DNA of 53,384 bases from a virus (Duplodnaviria; Caudoviricetes), in the IMG/VR virus record IMGVR_UViG_3300030104_001707, positions 1 through 53,384 of that record; one strand, given 5' to 3'. A program made the position numbers and the translations under genes. Below the pieces are notes generated by a model. It worked only from the letters and a program-made list of their open reading frames with translations, was not told the DNA's origin and made no database searches. Of this stretch, positions 6,749 through 16,942 are shown one piece after another (position 1 is the first letter of the stretch; each line of letters begins with the position of its first letter).

Positions 6749-8938
6749 ATGAGTGATGATTTTTTAGATACTGATGAAAATACAGCACTGGAAGACTCGC
6801 CTCAAACAAGCGAGTTTGATGATCTTATAGGATATATTGATAAAAAATATACATCAGCTAAGTCTTCTAGATATAATGATGAGACACGATGGCTACAGTC
6901 GTACAGAAACTATAGAGGTATCTATGGTCCTGATGTAAAATTTACTGATGCTGAAAAGTCTCGCGTATTTATTAAAGTAACTAAAACAAAAGTACTGGCT
7001 GCGTACAGTCAGTTATGTGATGTACTGTTTAGCCAAAACAGGTTTCCTATAGGCATTGAGCCAACTACACTGCCTGAAGGTGTGGTAGATACTGCACATA
7101 TAGATCCAAAAGAACCAGCAGATATACCAGATGAACCTGAAATGCCAGATCTGCCTCTAGTATACGGTTTTCCTGGTGACGGTAACGAGTTAAATGCAGG
7201 AGATACTGCTGATACACTACTGGCTAAATTAGGACCATTGGAAAACAAACTAAAAGATATAGAAAATTTAAAAGAAGGTCCAGGAGAAACACAGTCTTCT
7301 GTTACATTTCAACCTGCTATGGTTGCAGCTAAGAAGATGGAAAAGAAGATTAGAGATCAGCTAGAAGAATCTGCTGCAACTAAACATCTTAGGTTTGCTG
7401 CATTTGAGTCGGTGCTGTTTGGTACTGGTATTATGAAGGGGCCGTTTGCTTTTAACAAAGAGTATCCTAACTGGAATGATGAAGGTGAATACGATCCAGC
7501 GGTCAAAACAATACCAAAAGTGGAATATACATCTATCTGGAACTTTTATCCTGATCCTGATGCAATAAATATGGAAGACGCTATGTATATTATTGAGCGT
7601 CACCGTATGACCCGATCTCAGATAAGAGCGTTAAAGAAACGTCCATTCTTTAGAGTAAAAGCTATAGAACGAGCCGTAGAAGAGGGTGAAAGCTATACAA
7701 GAGAATGGTGGGAAGATGATATTGAGTCTGACAGCTATGGCATAGATTCAGATGCTGGAGATCCAACAACAGGAATTGATCGTTTCGAAGTAATAGAGTT
7801 CTGGGGTACAGTAGATACAGAAATAGCTAAAGAAGCAGGTATAAAACTTCCTAAAGAACTTAAAAAACTAGAGGAGATACAAATAAACTGTTGGGTGTGC
7901 AATGATGAAATACTACGACTAGTAATAAATCCATTTACACCTAAACGTATTCCGTACTGCTCCGCACCGTATGAGATTAATCCATACAGTTTCTTTGGTA
8001 TAGGTCTTGCAGAAAATATGGACGATACTCAAACACTTATGAATGGTTTTATGAGACTTGCAGTAGATAATGCTGTACTCTCTGGTAATTTACTTATAGA
8101 AGTAGACGAATCAAATCTAGTTCCTGGACAGGACTTGACAGTATATCCAGGAAAGATTTTCAGGAGACAAGGTGGCGCACCTGGGCAAGCAATATTTGGA
8201 ACTAAGTTTCCAAATGTGTCAAGTGAAAATATGCAGTTATTTGATAAAGCCAGAGTGTTAGCTGATGAGTCCACTGGATTACCCTCATATTCATACGGTC
8301 AGACAGGGGTTCAGGGAACAGGACGAACTGCATCAGGGATATCAATGCTAATGGGAGCTGCCACCAGTTCTATTCGTACTGTTATTAAGAATATAGATGA
8401 TTATTTATTACGGCCTTTGGGGGAGGCTTTGTTTGCATTTAATATGCAGTTTGACTTTGATCCTTCTATAAAAGGAGACTTGGAAGTAAGGGCTAGAGGT
8501 ACTGAGAGCTTTATGAAGAATGAGGTTAGATCACAACGTCTGATTACATTCTTACAAATTGCAAGTAATCCAGTACTCGCACCTTTTGCCAAGTTTCCTT
8601 ATATTATGCGAGAGATCGGCAGAACTATGGATCTGGACGTTGATAAGATTACAAACAATCCAGAAGAAGCTATGCGTCAGGCAGTATTAATGCAACAAAT
8701 GCAACAGCAGATGCAACCAGAAGGTCCACCAGCAGGAGCAAATCCAAATGATCCTACAGGTGGAGGAGGAGGTAACATAGGTGTGGGTACTGCTCCAGGA
8801 CCAGGACAACAAGGTTTTCCAACTGGAGGTGGAGCTAATGCTGGACAGCGTAGACCTGCACCCCAACAAGGAGTAGCTAATGCACCCCAAACTCGCCAAG
8901 GCCCTGCTGCCACTGGTCAACCAACAAGACTTCAATGA
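6749..8938 (+). CDS. Portal (head-tail connector) protein
   Basis: Position after TerL; KTKVLAAYSQL, LFGTGIMKGP, RTASGISMLMGAA motifs; Q/P/G-rich tail. Confidence 0.9.
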   Translation: MSDDFLDTDENTALEDSPQTSEFDDLIGYIDKKYTSAKSSRYNDETRWLQSYRNYRGIYGPDVKFTDAEKSRVFIKVTKTKVLAAYSQLCDVLFSQNRFPIGIEPTTLPEGVVDTAHIDPKEPADIPDEPEMPDLPLVYGFPGDGNELNAGDTADTLLAKLGPLENKLKDIENLKEGPGETQSSVTFQPAMVAAKKMEKKIRDQLEESAATKHLRFAAFESVLFGTGIMKGPFAFNKEYPNWNDEGEYDPAVKTIPKVEYTSIWNFYPDPDAINMEDAMYIIERHRMTRSQIRALKKRPFFRVKAIERAVEEGESYTREWWEDDIESDSYGIDSDAGDPTTGIDRFEVIEFWGTVDTEIAKEAGIKLPKELKKLEEIQINCWVCNDEILRLVINPFTPKRIPYCSAPYEINPYSFFGIGLAENMDDTQTLMNGFMRLAVDNAVLSGNLLIEVDESNLVPGQDLTVYPGKIFRRQGGAPGQAIFGTKFPNVSSENMQLFDKARVLADESTGLPSYSYGQTGVQGTGRTASGISMLMGAATSSIRTVIKNIDDYLLRPLGEALFAFNMQFDFDPSIKGDLEVRARGTESFMKNEVRSQRLITFLQIASNPVLAPFAKFPYIMREIGRTMDLDVDKITNNPEEAMRQAVLMQQMQQQMQPEGPPAGANPNDPTGGGGGNIGVGTAPGPGQQGFPTGGGANAGQRRPAPQQGVANAPQTRQGPAATGQPTRLQ

Positions 8939-9107
8939 GTTATTTCAGGAGTATATAGATCTTAAAATAGAACAGACAGTTAGAGAGTTTGAACAAAGCG
9001 AGGTAGACAGTAATATGTGGAAGGCTCAAGGTAAACTACATATCTTGAGAAAGATACGAGACATAAAGACTGAAGTTAGGTCTACAGCAGAAAGAAATTG
9101 GAAATAG
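8880..9107 (+). CDS. Small post-portal helical protein (75 aa)
   Basis: Strong AAGGAG RBS inside the portal gene; KAQGKLHILRKIRDIK pattern typical of the gene after the portal. Confidence 0.75.
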   Translation: MHPKLAKALLPLVNQQDFNELFQEYIDLKIEQTVREFEQSEVDSNMWKAQGKLHILRKIRDIKTEVRSTAERNWK

Positions 9108-9109
9108 CT

Positions 9110-11335
9110 ATGAAAAACAATCCACCAGTAGGTTCAACACCAGAAGAAGTAGCAGACGATATACCTGCAATGATTTCTGAAGGTGAATTTGTAATACCAG
9201 CAGATGTTGTAAGATATGTTGGTTTAGATAAGATTCGTGCTATGATGCATGAGGCAAAGATGGGTCTTCAGTGCATGGAAGATGAAGGTCTTATAGTGGA
9301 TGTAGATGAAGAGGGAAGACCAGAAGAACCCCAAAAAGAATCTAAAGGTGAAGTGGCTATACTTGACGTAGTTCAAATTGAAAAGGCAGAACCAATGACA
9401 AAATCATTAAAAGAGGGTGGTATAGTTTCACCTATACTTAATCCAGAGGAGGAAGTTAAAATGAATAGAGGTGGAATGATAACTCAAGAAATAGGACCAG
9501 ACGGTGCTATGCGGATTATTGGAATGCAAGAGGGTGGAATGCCTATGCAGATGGAACAAATGATGGGCGAAATGCCACAGGAAGCTCCTGTTTCTGAATT
9601 TGCAGAAGAGATGCCTCCTGAACAAACAGAACCAATGCCAGAGGCTCCTATGATGAATGCTCCAGTAGCTCAAGTAATTAATGGTGTGCCTCATCTTATG
9701 ACTTATCTACAGGAAGATGAAATAATAGCTCTACAAAAAGAAGGTAGAGGAGTAGATGAAAACGGTGAGCAAATACTAAGTCCAGAAGGTATTCCAGTGT
9801 TTTGGGGTGCAGGTGAAGGATCGGGTGTAAATGATCCTGATGACGCACCTTCAGGTGAAATGGGTGGTGGAGTAGGTGGGCAAGCAGGTACAGGTACAGG
9901 GCAAGGTCCATCAGGTCCAGGAACAGGTACAGGGCAAGGTGATCCAGGTCAAGACGGTCATCCAGGAGATGATGTAGGCGGTATGGAAATAGAAGAAATG
10001 CAAAAAGAAATGACTGAGGCTGATAAAAAAGAATTAGATCCAGAAGCAGACGATAGAAAATTTGTAAAAGGCGTTGGATTTATTGAAAAATACATAGCTT
10101 CTCGCAATCAACCAAATCCGCTACAAGGAAAACCACAATATGCTGTAGCTACTGCTGCTGGTGGAGGATTAATGAGAACACCTGTTTATCTTCAACAGGG
10201 TGGTAGTATGATGGATGAGGAAGACAATAGAAGATTTGAAGGAGAAGATGAAGGTGGTTCAATTGAGTTTGATTCGCAGAGTCTTCCAGCAGATGAACAA
10301 AGCCGTTTGGAAGCAGAAGCTCCATCTGGTGCTTTTGATCCTGAAGGTCTTCAGCAAATGGGTTACGAAGTCGATACAACAGGGTCCGTACCTGTGGTGA
10401 CATCTACGGAGCCACCCTCTGAACCTAATATTGCTTCACAGGAAGAAGTTAGAGAAAGACTGCCTGACTTATTTAATTCACAAACAGGAGAAAGGTTAGG
10501 AATTGTTTATGGTCCTGAAGGAGGATATCGTGCAGAGCAGATACTTGGTGAAAATCCTGAGATAAGTGATGCATCTTTAGATTACTTGCGTCAAAATAGA
10601 GATGTATTTTTAGATGCTAAAAATCGTATACAAGGTGGTGAGAATGTTACCTATGATGCTGTAGCTCAACAGCATTTTGATCTTTTTGGTAGACATGAAG
10701 ACAGAAAAGGTATGGACGGTTTAATGAGTATGCCAGGAGCATTTGAAACTTCTGAAGAACCTACTGAAGAAACTATTGGAGATATGGTAGGAGATATAGC
10801 AGGAGGTATAATGAGTCCTGACACTCCTGAAGTTGAGGATGACGTTTCTCAAATTGGAAAACCTATAATTGCAGAAACCGATCCTGAACTTAATACTGAT
10901 GCGTTTCATCATCTTGATGCTACTAGGCAAACTGAGATAGAGAAAAAAGTCCGACGAGATAACAAGCGTCAGTATCAGCCTGGTCGAGAACCTACAGATG
11001 ACAAAGGAAGACCTTTATATGCACCTGCTGATACTATAGGTGATTTTGACAGAAGAGATGTAGAACTAGCTGCTAGATCTTTAAATAAAGCAAAAGGAGA
11101 TCGTGAACAGTTTAATTTAGATATAACTGATTTTTTTGAAGAAAAAGAAGATGGGTCATTCGATGTAATACCAAATGACTACGGTATTGGATTTCAAAAA
11201 CCTACTAAAGAAAGTAGAAAAAATAAAACACCAGTTAAACTTGCAGGTTCTTTAAATAAAGAAGGTATACCTGTATCTAGAGCATTAGCAAGTAGTATAA
11301 TAAATTCTCAACTAGCTTTAATAGACGAAACATAA
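9110..11335 (+). CDS. Large acidic multi-module virion-associated protein
   Basis: DDIPAMISEGEFVIPADVVRYVG N-domain, several xxxGG motifs, Gly/Pro-rich linker; between portal and scaffold. Confidence 0.8.
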   Translation: MKNNPPVGSTPEEVADDIPAMISEGEFVIPADVVRYVGLDKIRAMMHEAKMGLQCMEDEGLIVDVDEEGRPEEPQKESKGEVAILDVVQIEKAEPMTKSLKEGGIVSPILNPEEEVKMNRGGMITQEIGPDGAMRIIGMQEGGMPMQMEQMMGEMPQEAPVSEFAEEMPPEQTEPMPEAPMMNAPVAQVINGVPHLMTYLQEDEIIALQKEGRGVDENGEQILSPEGIPVFWGAGEGSGVNDPDDAPSGEMGGGVGGQAGTGTGQGPSGPGTGTGQGDPGQDGHPGDDVGGMEIEEMQKEMTEADKKELDPEADDRKFVKGVGFIEKYIASRNQPNPLQGKPQYAVATAAGGGLMRTPVYLQQGGSMMDEEDNRRFEGEDEGGSIEFDSQSLPADEQSRLEAEAPSGAFDPEGLQQMGYEVDTTGSVPVVTSTEPPSEPNIASQEEVRERLPDLFNSQTGERLGIVYGPEGGYRAEQILGENPEISDASLDYLRQNRDVFLDAKNRIQGGENVTYDAVAQQHFDLFGRHEDRKGMDGLMSMPGAFETSEEPTEETIGDMVGDIAGGIMSPDTPEVEDDVSQIGKPIIAETDPELNTDAFHHLDATRQTEIEKKVRRDNKRQYQPGREPTDDKGRPLYAPADTIGDFDRRDVELAARSLNKAKGDREQFNLDITDFFEEKEDGSFDVIPNDYGIGFQKPTKESRKNKTPVKLAGSLNKEGIPVSRALASSIINSQLALIDET

Positions 11336-11419
11336 TAATTAAAAGACTTTTTAATCGGCTACCTGTTACCCTCTACAATAAGGTAGAGCCACTAATAGCC
11401 CCAGAGAAGGAGTAAAACA

Positions 11420-12253
11420 ATGGAAACAACAGCACAAGTACAACCAAATAAATCAACTACGATGCGATATCGTAAAAATACAGTAGAAGAAGATGAACAG
11501 GAAATTCAAGAATTGGAAAAAGCTAGAGCAGGAGAAGAAGAAGAGGTAGAAAAAGAACCTGATCATCCTGAAGAAAAAACTTTTAAGAAAAGATATGGAG
11601 ATCTTAGAAGGCATCTTCAAAAGAAAGAGGATGAACATCGAAAAGAGTTAATGACAGTTAGGGAGCAAATTTCAAGTTTAACAAAAACACAGGTAAGACT
11701 TCCTAAAACAGATGAAGAAATAGATGATTGGGCTAATAAATATCCTGATGTTGCTAAAGTAGTAGAAACTATTGCTACAAAGAAAGCAAGGGAAAATTCA
11801 AAACAAATAGAAGAAAAGTTAGCATACTTATCTGAAAAAGAACAAAGAGTTAATCGTAAAGAAGCAGAAACAGAATTAGGAAAACGTCATCCAGACTACG
11901 ATGACTTACGTTCTAATCCTAGTTTTCACGAATGGGCTGAAAGACAGCCTAAAATGATACAACAGGCACTTTACGACAATGAAGATGATTTTGAAGCTGC
12001 ATCAAAAGCAATAGATCTATTTAAATTAGAAAGAGAAAGAGATAGTGTAGATAGATCTTCACCTAAAGAAGCAGCTAAATCAGTTAGTACTCGTCGCAGA
12101 ACGAGTGAACCAAATGACCAGCCAAAAACAAAATGGTCTGAATCCAGAGTAAGAAAGTTATCTGACAAACAATGGGATCGTTTTCAAGAAGAAATAGAAG
12201 ACGCTATGCGTTCAGGAAATTTTGATTATGATGAAAGTGGTGCTGCTAGATAA
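11420..12253 (+). CDS. Capsid scaffolding protein
   Basis: Acidic coiled coil, EEKTFKKRYGDLRRH, C-terminal EIEDAMRSGNFDYD; upstream of MCP; AAGGAG RBS. Confidence 0.85.
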   Translation: METTAQVQPNKSTTMRYRKNTVEEDEQEIQELEKARAGEEEEVEKEPDHPEEKTFKKRYGDLRRHLQKKEDEHRKELMTVREQISSLTKTQVRLPKTDEEIDDWANKYPDVAKVVETIATKKARENSKQIEEKLAYLSEKEQRVNRKEAETELGKRHPDYDDLRSNPSFHEWAERQPKMIQQALYDNEDDFEAASKAIDLFKLERERDSVDRSSPKEAAKSVSTRRRTSEPNDQPKTKWSESRVRKLSDKQWDRFQEEIEDAMRSGNFDYDESGAAR

Positions 12254-12261
12254 CTTTTTAC

Positions 12262-12290
12262 TTGACAAGCATTTAGGTATGTGATATAAT
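12262..12290 (+). promoter_or_regulatory. Consensus sigma70 promoter for the capsid operon
   Basis: TTGACA-N17-TATAAT with TGTG just upstream of -10. Confidence 0.85.
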
Positions 12291-12459
12291 ATACTTAAAT
12301 GTTTCTTAGAGTTTTCTTACCTCTTTTAGTAAGACTACTAAGCAAACTCTTTCAATAACTCGATAAGTCTAAGGTACACCGTTTGGAGTTGGCCCCCGCA
12401 AGGATACCCAACAAAGAATGCCCCTGAACTTATATTAGCCAATATATAGGAGAAAATCA

Positions 12460-13524
12460 ATGGCTTTTAAGACTGCTGCTGGTTATGGAAACCTACCTAA
12501 TGGCAACTTTTCACCTGTAATTTACAGTAAAAAGGTTCAGTCGGCTTTCCGTAAAACTAGCATCGTTGAAGATATTACTAATAGTGATTACTTTGGCGAT
12601 ATTTCTAACTTTGGTGATACTGTCCGTATTATCAAAGAACCAGAAATCACCGTTAGCGAGTATGCTCGTGGAACTCAAGTAACTCCACAAGATCTCGATG
12701 ATGAAGATTTCACACTAGTTGTCGATAAGGCAAACTACTTTGCTTTTAAAATTGATGACATTGAAGAAGCACATTCTCATGTGAACTTTGAGTCTATGGC
12801 TACTGATCGTGCAGGTTATCGCCTGAAAGATCAATTTGACATGGATGTTCTAGGTTACTTGTCAGGCTTCCAACAAGCAACTATAGGTTCTGTAGCTGCT
12901 ACTGCTGGAACGGCTGCTAGTAAGTCTGGTACTGACCCAATCAGCACAGTTGCTGCTACAGGTCTACTAGCTTCTATGTTAATCTCTCGCGCAAGTTTTG
13001 TGTCGGGTGGTGCAACAACAGACTCAATTGCAACACATCCAGACGGATCTACTGGTGAAGCAACTCCACTAGAAGTACTAAACCGTATGGCTCGTTTGCT
13101 AGATCAGCAAAATGTTGACAGGGATAACCGATGGGTTGTCGTTGATCCAGTATTCGCTGAACAGCTAAACGATGAGAACTCTAAACTATTGAGTAATGAT
13201 TTCACTTCTAATGATAAAGACATTCTTCGGAATGGACGAATCATAAGTGGAATGGTTCGTGGTTTCAGAGTTTATATGTCTAACAATTTACCTTCCATAG
13301 GTAATGGTCCAGGATCAGTTGATACTAACGGTTCCAGTTCAAACTATGGAGCGATTGTTGCAGGACATGACTCTGCTGTTGCTACGGCTTCTCAAATCGA
13401 GAAGGTAGAGTCTTATCGTGACAATGACAGCTTTGCTGACATCGTTCGCGGTATGCATTTATATGGTCGCAAGATCCTTCGTCCTGAAGCTCTTGTTCGC
13501 GCCCATTATAACATAGCTGGTTAA
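12460..13524 (+). CDS. Major capsid protein (HK97 fold)
   Basis: NLPNGNFSPVIYSKKV, GDTVRIIKEP, FADIVRGMHLYGRKILRPEAL; AGGAG RBS. Confidence 0.93.
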   Translation: MAFKTAAGYGNLPNGNFSPVIYSKKVQSAFRKTSIVEDITNSDYFGDISNFGDTVRIIKEPEITVSEYARGTQVTPQDLDDEDFTLVVDKANYFAFKIDDIEEAHSHVNFESMATDRAGYRLKDQFDMDVLGYLSGFQQATIGSVAATAGTAASKSGTDPISTVAATGLLASMLISRASFVSGGATTDSIATHPDGSTGEATPLEVLNRMARLLDQQNVDRDNRWVVVDPVFAEQLNDENSKLLSNDFTSNDKDILRNGRIISGMVRGFRVYMSNNLPSIGNGPGSVDTNGSSSNYGAIVAGHDSAVATASQIEKVESYRDNDSFADIVRGMHLYGRKILRPEALVRAHYNIAG

Positions 13525-13536
13525 GGGAGATAAATC

Positions 13537-14061
13537 ATGGCTACTTATGATATGACAAGCTCCTCTACTACAGGTGTAGGAGCCAGTACTATTGCAGCCC
13601 TTCCAGGGGTAAGCATGAACCATAGTATGTATAATGTCGAGGCATATCTTGATATTGATGACTTGGTTGCAAAAGGATATTCTGGTGCAAACGGTGATAT
13701 CTTTCAACTTCTTGAAATTCCAGCAGGTACTCTTGTAATTAATGCTGGTGCAGAAGTAATGAAAGCATTCACTTCAAGTTGCACTCTAGATATGGACTTT
13801 GCAGCAGGTGACGATATCGTTGATGGTGCTGATATTACATCAACAGGTTTCTGTGCCGCTGGTACAAACGGTCAAACCAATACTGTTGTAGGTTCTGCCG
13901 CTTCAACTTACACTCAATTTGTTTCTACTACAGATACAATTGACTGTTTGATTGCTGGAGCAGCACCTGCCACAGGTAGGTTGCGTGTATATGCTACGCT
14001 TATTAATTGTAATGAGTCTGGAGCAGAAGCCACTGCTGCCGCAAGGGATGCATTGGCATAA
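13537..14061 (+). CDS. Minor capsid/decoration protein
   Basis: Directly after MCP and before the terminator; beta-rich Ala/Gly/Thr composition. Confidence 0.65.
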   Translation: MATYDMTSSSTTGVGASTIAALPGVSMNHSMYNVEAYLDIDDLVAKGYSGANGDIFQLLEIPAGTLVINAGAEVMKAFTSSCTLDMDFAAGDDIVDGADITSTGFCAAGTNGQTNTVVGSAASTYTQFVSTTDTIDCLIAGAAPATGRLRVYATLINCNESGAEATAAARDALA

Positions 14062-14069
14062 TAGGTTTT

Positions 14070-14100
14070 GGGGTAGTTCATTAGTTTGGGCTACCCCTTT
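14070..14100 (+). terminator. Intrinsic terminator after the capsid genes
   Basis: ggggtagttca...tgggctacccc stem followed by ttt and a T-rich tract. Confidence 0.75.
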
Positions 14101-14120
14101 ATCTTAATTTTGGATATGAT

Positions 14121-14837
14121 ATGGCTACAACCTTTATTACATTAGTTAATGATACGTTGAGGCGGTTAAATGAAGTGGAACTTACTTCCACAGATTTTTC
14201 TACGGCTTCAGGTTTTCGCGCTCAAGTTAAAGACGCAGTTAATGCCTCGCTACAAGAAGTATCCCAAAAAGAATTTGAATTTCCTTTTAATTTTACCTCT
14301 GCTTCCCTTACCTTAACAGCAGGTACGGCTGAGTACTCACTCGCCTCTGATTTTAAAATAGCAGATTGGGATAGTTTTCGCATTGCTAAAGATGATGATA
14401 TAAACGCAGATGCAAAACTATTACGACTAATAAACTACGATACATTTTTAGGTAGATTTTATGAAAGGGATGGTAATGCAACATCTTCTGATTACACTGT
14501 TCCTGTTTATGTCTACAGAACACTTTCAAACAAAGCAGGGTTTACACCAATACCTGATAAAGCGTATACAGTAAATTATAATTACTTTGCGTTTTCAACT
14601 GATCTTTCAGCATCTACAGATACAATGTCTGTTCCTGATCAATTTAAACACGTTGTTATAGATGGAGCATTGTACCATACCTATATGTTTCGTGATAACG
14701 CTCAACAGGCAGCAATTACAAAACAAAAATTTGAAGAAGGAGTAGAGCGTATGCGTACCCTTCTTGTTAATAGATTTACAGATGTTAGGGATACAAGAGT
14801 GGGGAGATTAATAGCAGTACCACATGGTTCGTTCTAA
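14121..14837 (+). CDS. Tail adaptor / tail tubular protein A-like
   Basis: TFITLVNDTLRRLNEV N-terminus, PIPDKAYTV, VPDQFKHVVIDGA. Confidence 0.8.
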   Translation: MATTFITLVNDTLRRLNEVELTSTDFSTASGFRAQVKDAVNASLQEVSQKEFEFPFNFTSASLTLTAGTAEYSLASDFKIADWDSFRIAKDDDINADAKLLRLINYDTFLGRFYERDGNATSSDYTVPVYVYRTLSNKAGFTPIPDKAYTVNYNYFAFSTDLSASTDTMSVPDQFKHVVIDGALYHTYMFRDNAQQAAITKQKFEEGVERMRTLLVNRFTDVRDTRVGRLIAVPHGSF

Positions 14838-16942
14838 TGACAGATGCATTAAAAGACGTTACAGTACTTTCCAGAGGAGGATTGTTTACTAATGAAGATG
14901 CTTTAGCATTAGCAGGTTCTAATCCAGGTGCTGCACTTCGTATGTTAAATATGGAGATATCTCAATTTGGTGGATATAGAAGAATTAGCGGATATACTTC
15001 ATATGACTCTACTTATGGGACTGTTTCGGGTATTGGAGAAGTTGTGGGATTATGGATACTTGATGGTACTCCATATGCCTGTAGACGCAATGATGGCGAT
15101 TATACTGGATCTTTAGGAGCTAATCCTTTTACTACTAGTAGTGGCAGTGCAACTATAACCGTAGCTCATACTAGTCATGGATTAGCAGTAAGCGACAGAG
15201 TTATTTTTTCTGGTTCGTCTGCTGTAAACGGAATAACGCCAAACGATGTAGAAATGACAGTTGCTTCTGTTGTTGATGCTAATAGTTACACAGTTGCATT
15301 TACGTCTAATGCTAGTGGTTCAGGTAGTGGTGGTGGTAGCTCAGTAACATTTAAATATTTTGATGTATCTGCTGCTAAAACGCATTCTTTAGGTGCAAAC
15401 CCTTTTGTTGTTACTGATGAAAGTGCAACAATAACAGTAACACATACTGCTCATGGTCTGTCTGTAGGTAACTATGTTACATTTTCAGGTAGCTCTGCTG
15501 TAGGAGGTATAACTCCAAACTCAGTAGAAATGAAAATAGTAACTGTAGCTGATGCTAATACTTATACAGTTACTTTTACTTCTGCAGCAACAAGCGGTGC
15601 TACAGGAGGTGGCAGTTCAGTAACTGCTAAGTATAGTCAGTATTATACAATTTGGAAATACAATACAAGTGGCTGGACTAGGGTACATTCTTTTAGATCT
15701 TCTATAGAAATACCAAAAGTAAGGCATACATTAAATTCCTTTACAGGTACTGAAGCAGTTATAATTTGTGATGGGGTTAATACTCCAGCAAAGTATTCTG
15801 GAAGTACTTTTAGTAGCCATACTACAGGAGATGATGCTAATCCTCTAGGGGCTGCTTTTAGTACAGATTTTAAGAATCACCAGTTTTATGCAGGATTTCC
15901 AACAACAGCATTAGGACCAAATAAATTACTTTATAGTGAACCAAATACAGATAATAGATTTAGATCTGCTAGTGGTTCTGGAACTATTAATGTTGGTTTT
16001 AATATAACAGGTCTTGCAAAGTTTAGAGATGCTTTATATGTTTTTGGTAAAGATAAAATAAAAAAATTAACAGGTTCTTCTGCATCAGATTTTGCTCTTG
16101 CAGAAGTAACAGATAATATCGGATGTATTGCGACAGACAGTATTATTGAATTAGGTGGTGATGTATTATTTCTAGCATCAGATGGTATTCGTCCTATTCA
16201 AGGTACTGCTAGAATTGGTGACGTAGAGCTTGAAACGGTATCTAAACCAGTACAACAATTACTACAAGCATTACCTAGTACTCACGATTTAAGTAATATG
16301 TCTTCGGTTGTTATTAGAAATAAATCACAGTTTCGTTATTTCTTTCCTAAGACAACGACTTCAGCTGCTGATACAGCAGGAATAATAGGAGGTCTTAGAT
16401 TTGCAGACAGAAGAATTGGTTGGGAGTTTGGAGAATTATTAGGTATAAGAGCATTTGTAGCAACAAGTGGATTAATAGATAATGTTGAGTATGTTCTTCA
16501 TGGTGACGCAAGTGGTGAAGTATTTAAGCAGGAAAGTGGAAGTACATTTAATACTGCTGATGTTGTTTCTGTTTACGCAACGCCTTTTTTATATTTCGAT
16601 TCTACCGAAAAACGCAAAATATATCAGCATATTTCATTATTTACCAGACCAGAAGGATCGTCTACAATTAACTTAGGTATAGCCTATGATTGGGATGATC
16701 CTAATGTTCCAGATCCAAGTACATACTCATTAACAACAGCAGGAGCATTAGCAAGATATACGACAACAGGATCTACTTATGATTCTACTTTTACCTTTGA
16801 CGGTTCTTCTAGTCCAGTATTAGAATCAAATATTCAGGGATCGGGTAGGGCGATCTCATTAGTTATAACATCAACAGGAACCCAATCTCCCTACAGTATT
16901 AGTGGGTTTTCTATAACTTATCAGGATGCAGGATACAGATAA
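14837..16942 (+). CDS. Tail nozzle / tail tubular protein B-like with a duplicated 83-aa insert
   Basis: GGYRRISGY, NIGCIATDSIIELGGDVLFLASDGIRP; position after the adaptor. Confidence 0.8.
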   Translation: MTDALKDVTVLSRGGLFTNEDALALAGSNPGAALRMLNMEISQFGGYRRISGYTSYDSTYGTVSGIGEVVGLWILDGTPYACRRNDGDYTGSLGANPFTTSSGSATITVAHTSHGLAVSDRVIFSGSSAVNGITPNDVEMTVASVVDANSYTVAFTSNASGSGSGGGSSVTFKYFDVSAAKTHSLGANPFVVTDESATITVTHTAHGLSVGNYVTFSGSSAVGGITPNSVEMKIVTVADANTYTVTFTSAATSGATGGGSSVTAKYSQYYTIWKYNTSGWTRVHSFRSSIEIPKVRHTLNSFTGTEAVIICDGVNTPAKYSGSTFSSHTTGDDANPLGAAFSTDFKNHQFYAGFPTTALGPNKLLYSEPNTDNRFRSASGSGTINVGFNITGLAKFRDALYVFGKDKIKKLTGSSASDFALAEVTDNIGCIATDSIIELGGDVLFLASDGIRPIQGTARIGDVELETVSKPVQQLLQALPSTHDLSNMSSVVIRNKSQFRYFFPKTTTSAADTAGIIGGLRFADRRIGWEFGELLGIRAFVATSGLIDNVEYVLHGDASGEVFKQESGSTFNTADVVSVYATPFLYFDSTEKRKIYQHISLFTRPEGSSTINLGIAYDWDDPNVPDPSTYSLTTAGALARYTTTGSTYDSTFTFDGSSSPVLESNIQGSGRAISLVITSTGTQSPYSISGFSITYQDAGYR
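15110..15634 (+). repeat. Two 83-aa tandem domains (15110-15358, 15386-15634)
   Basis: SLGANPF...ITVxHTxHGLxV...GGGSSVTxKY twice, same length. Confidence 0.9.
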
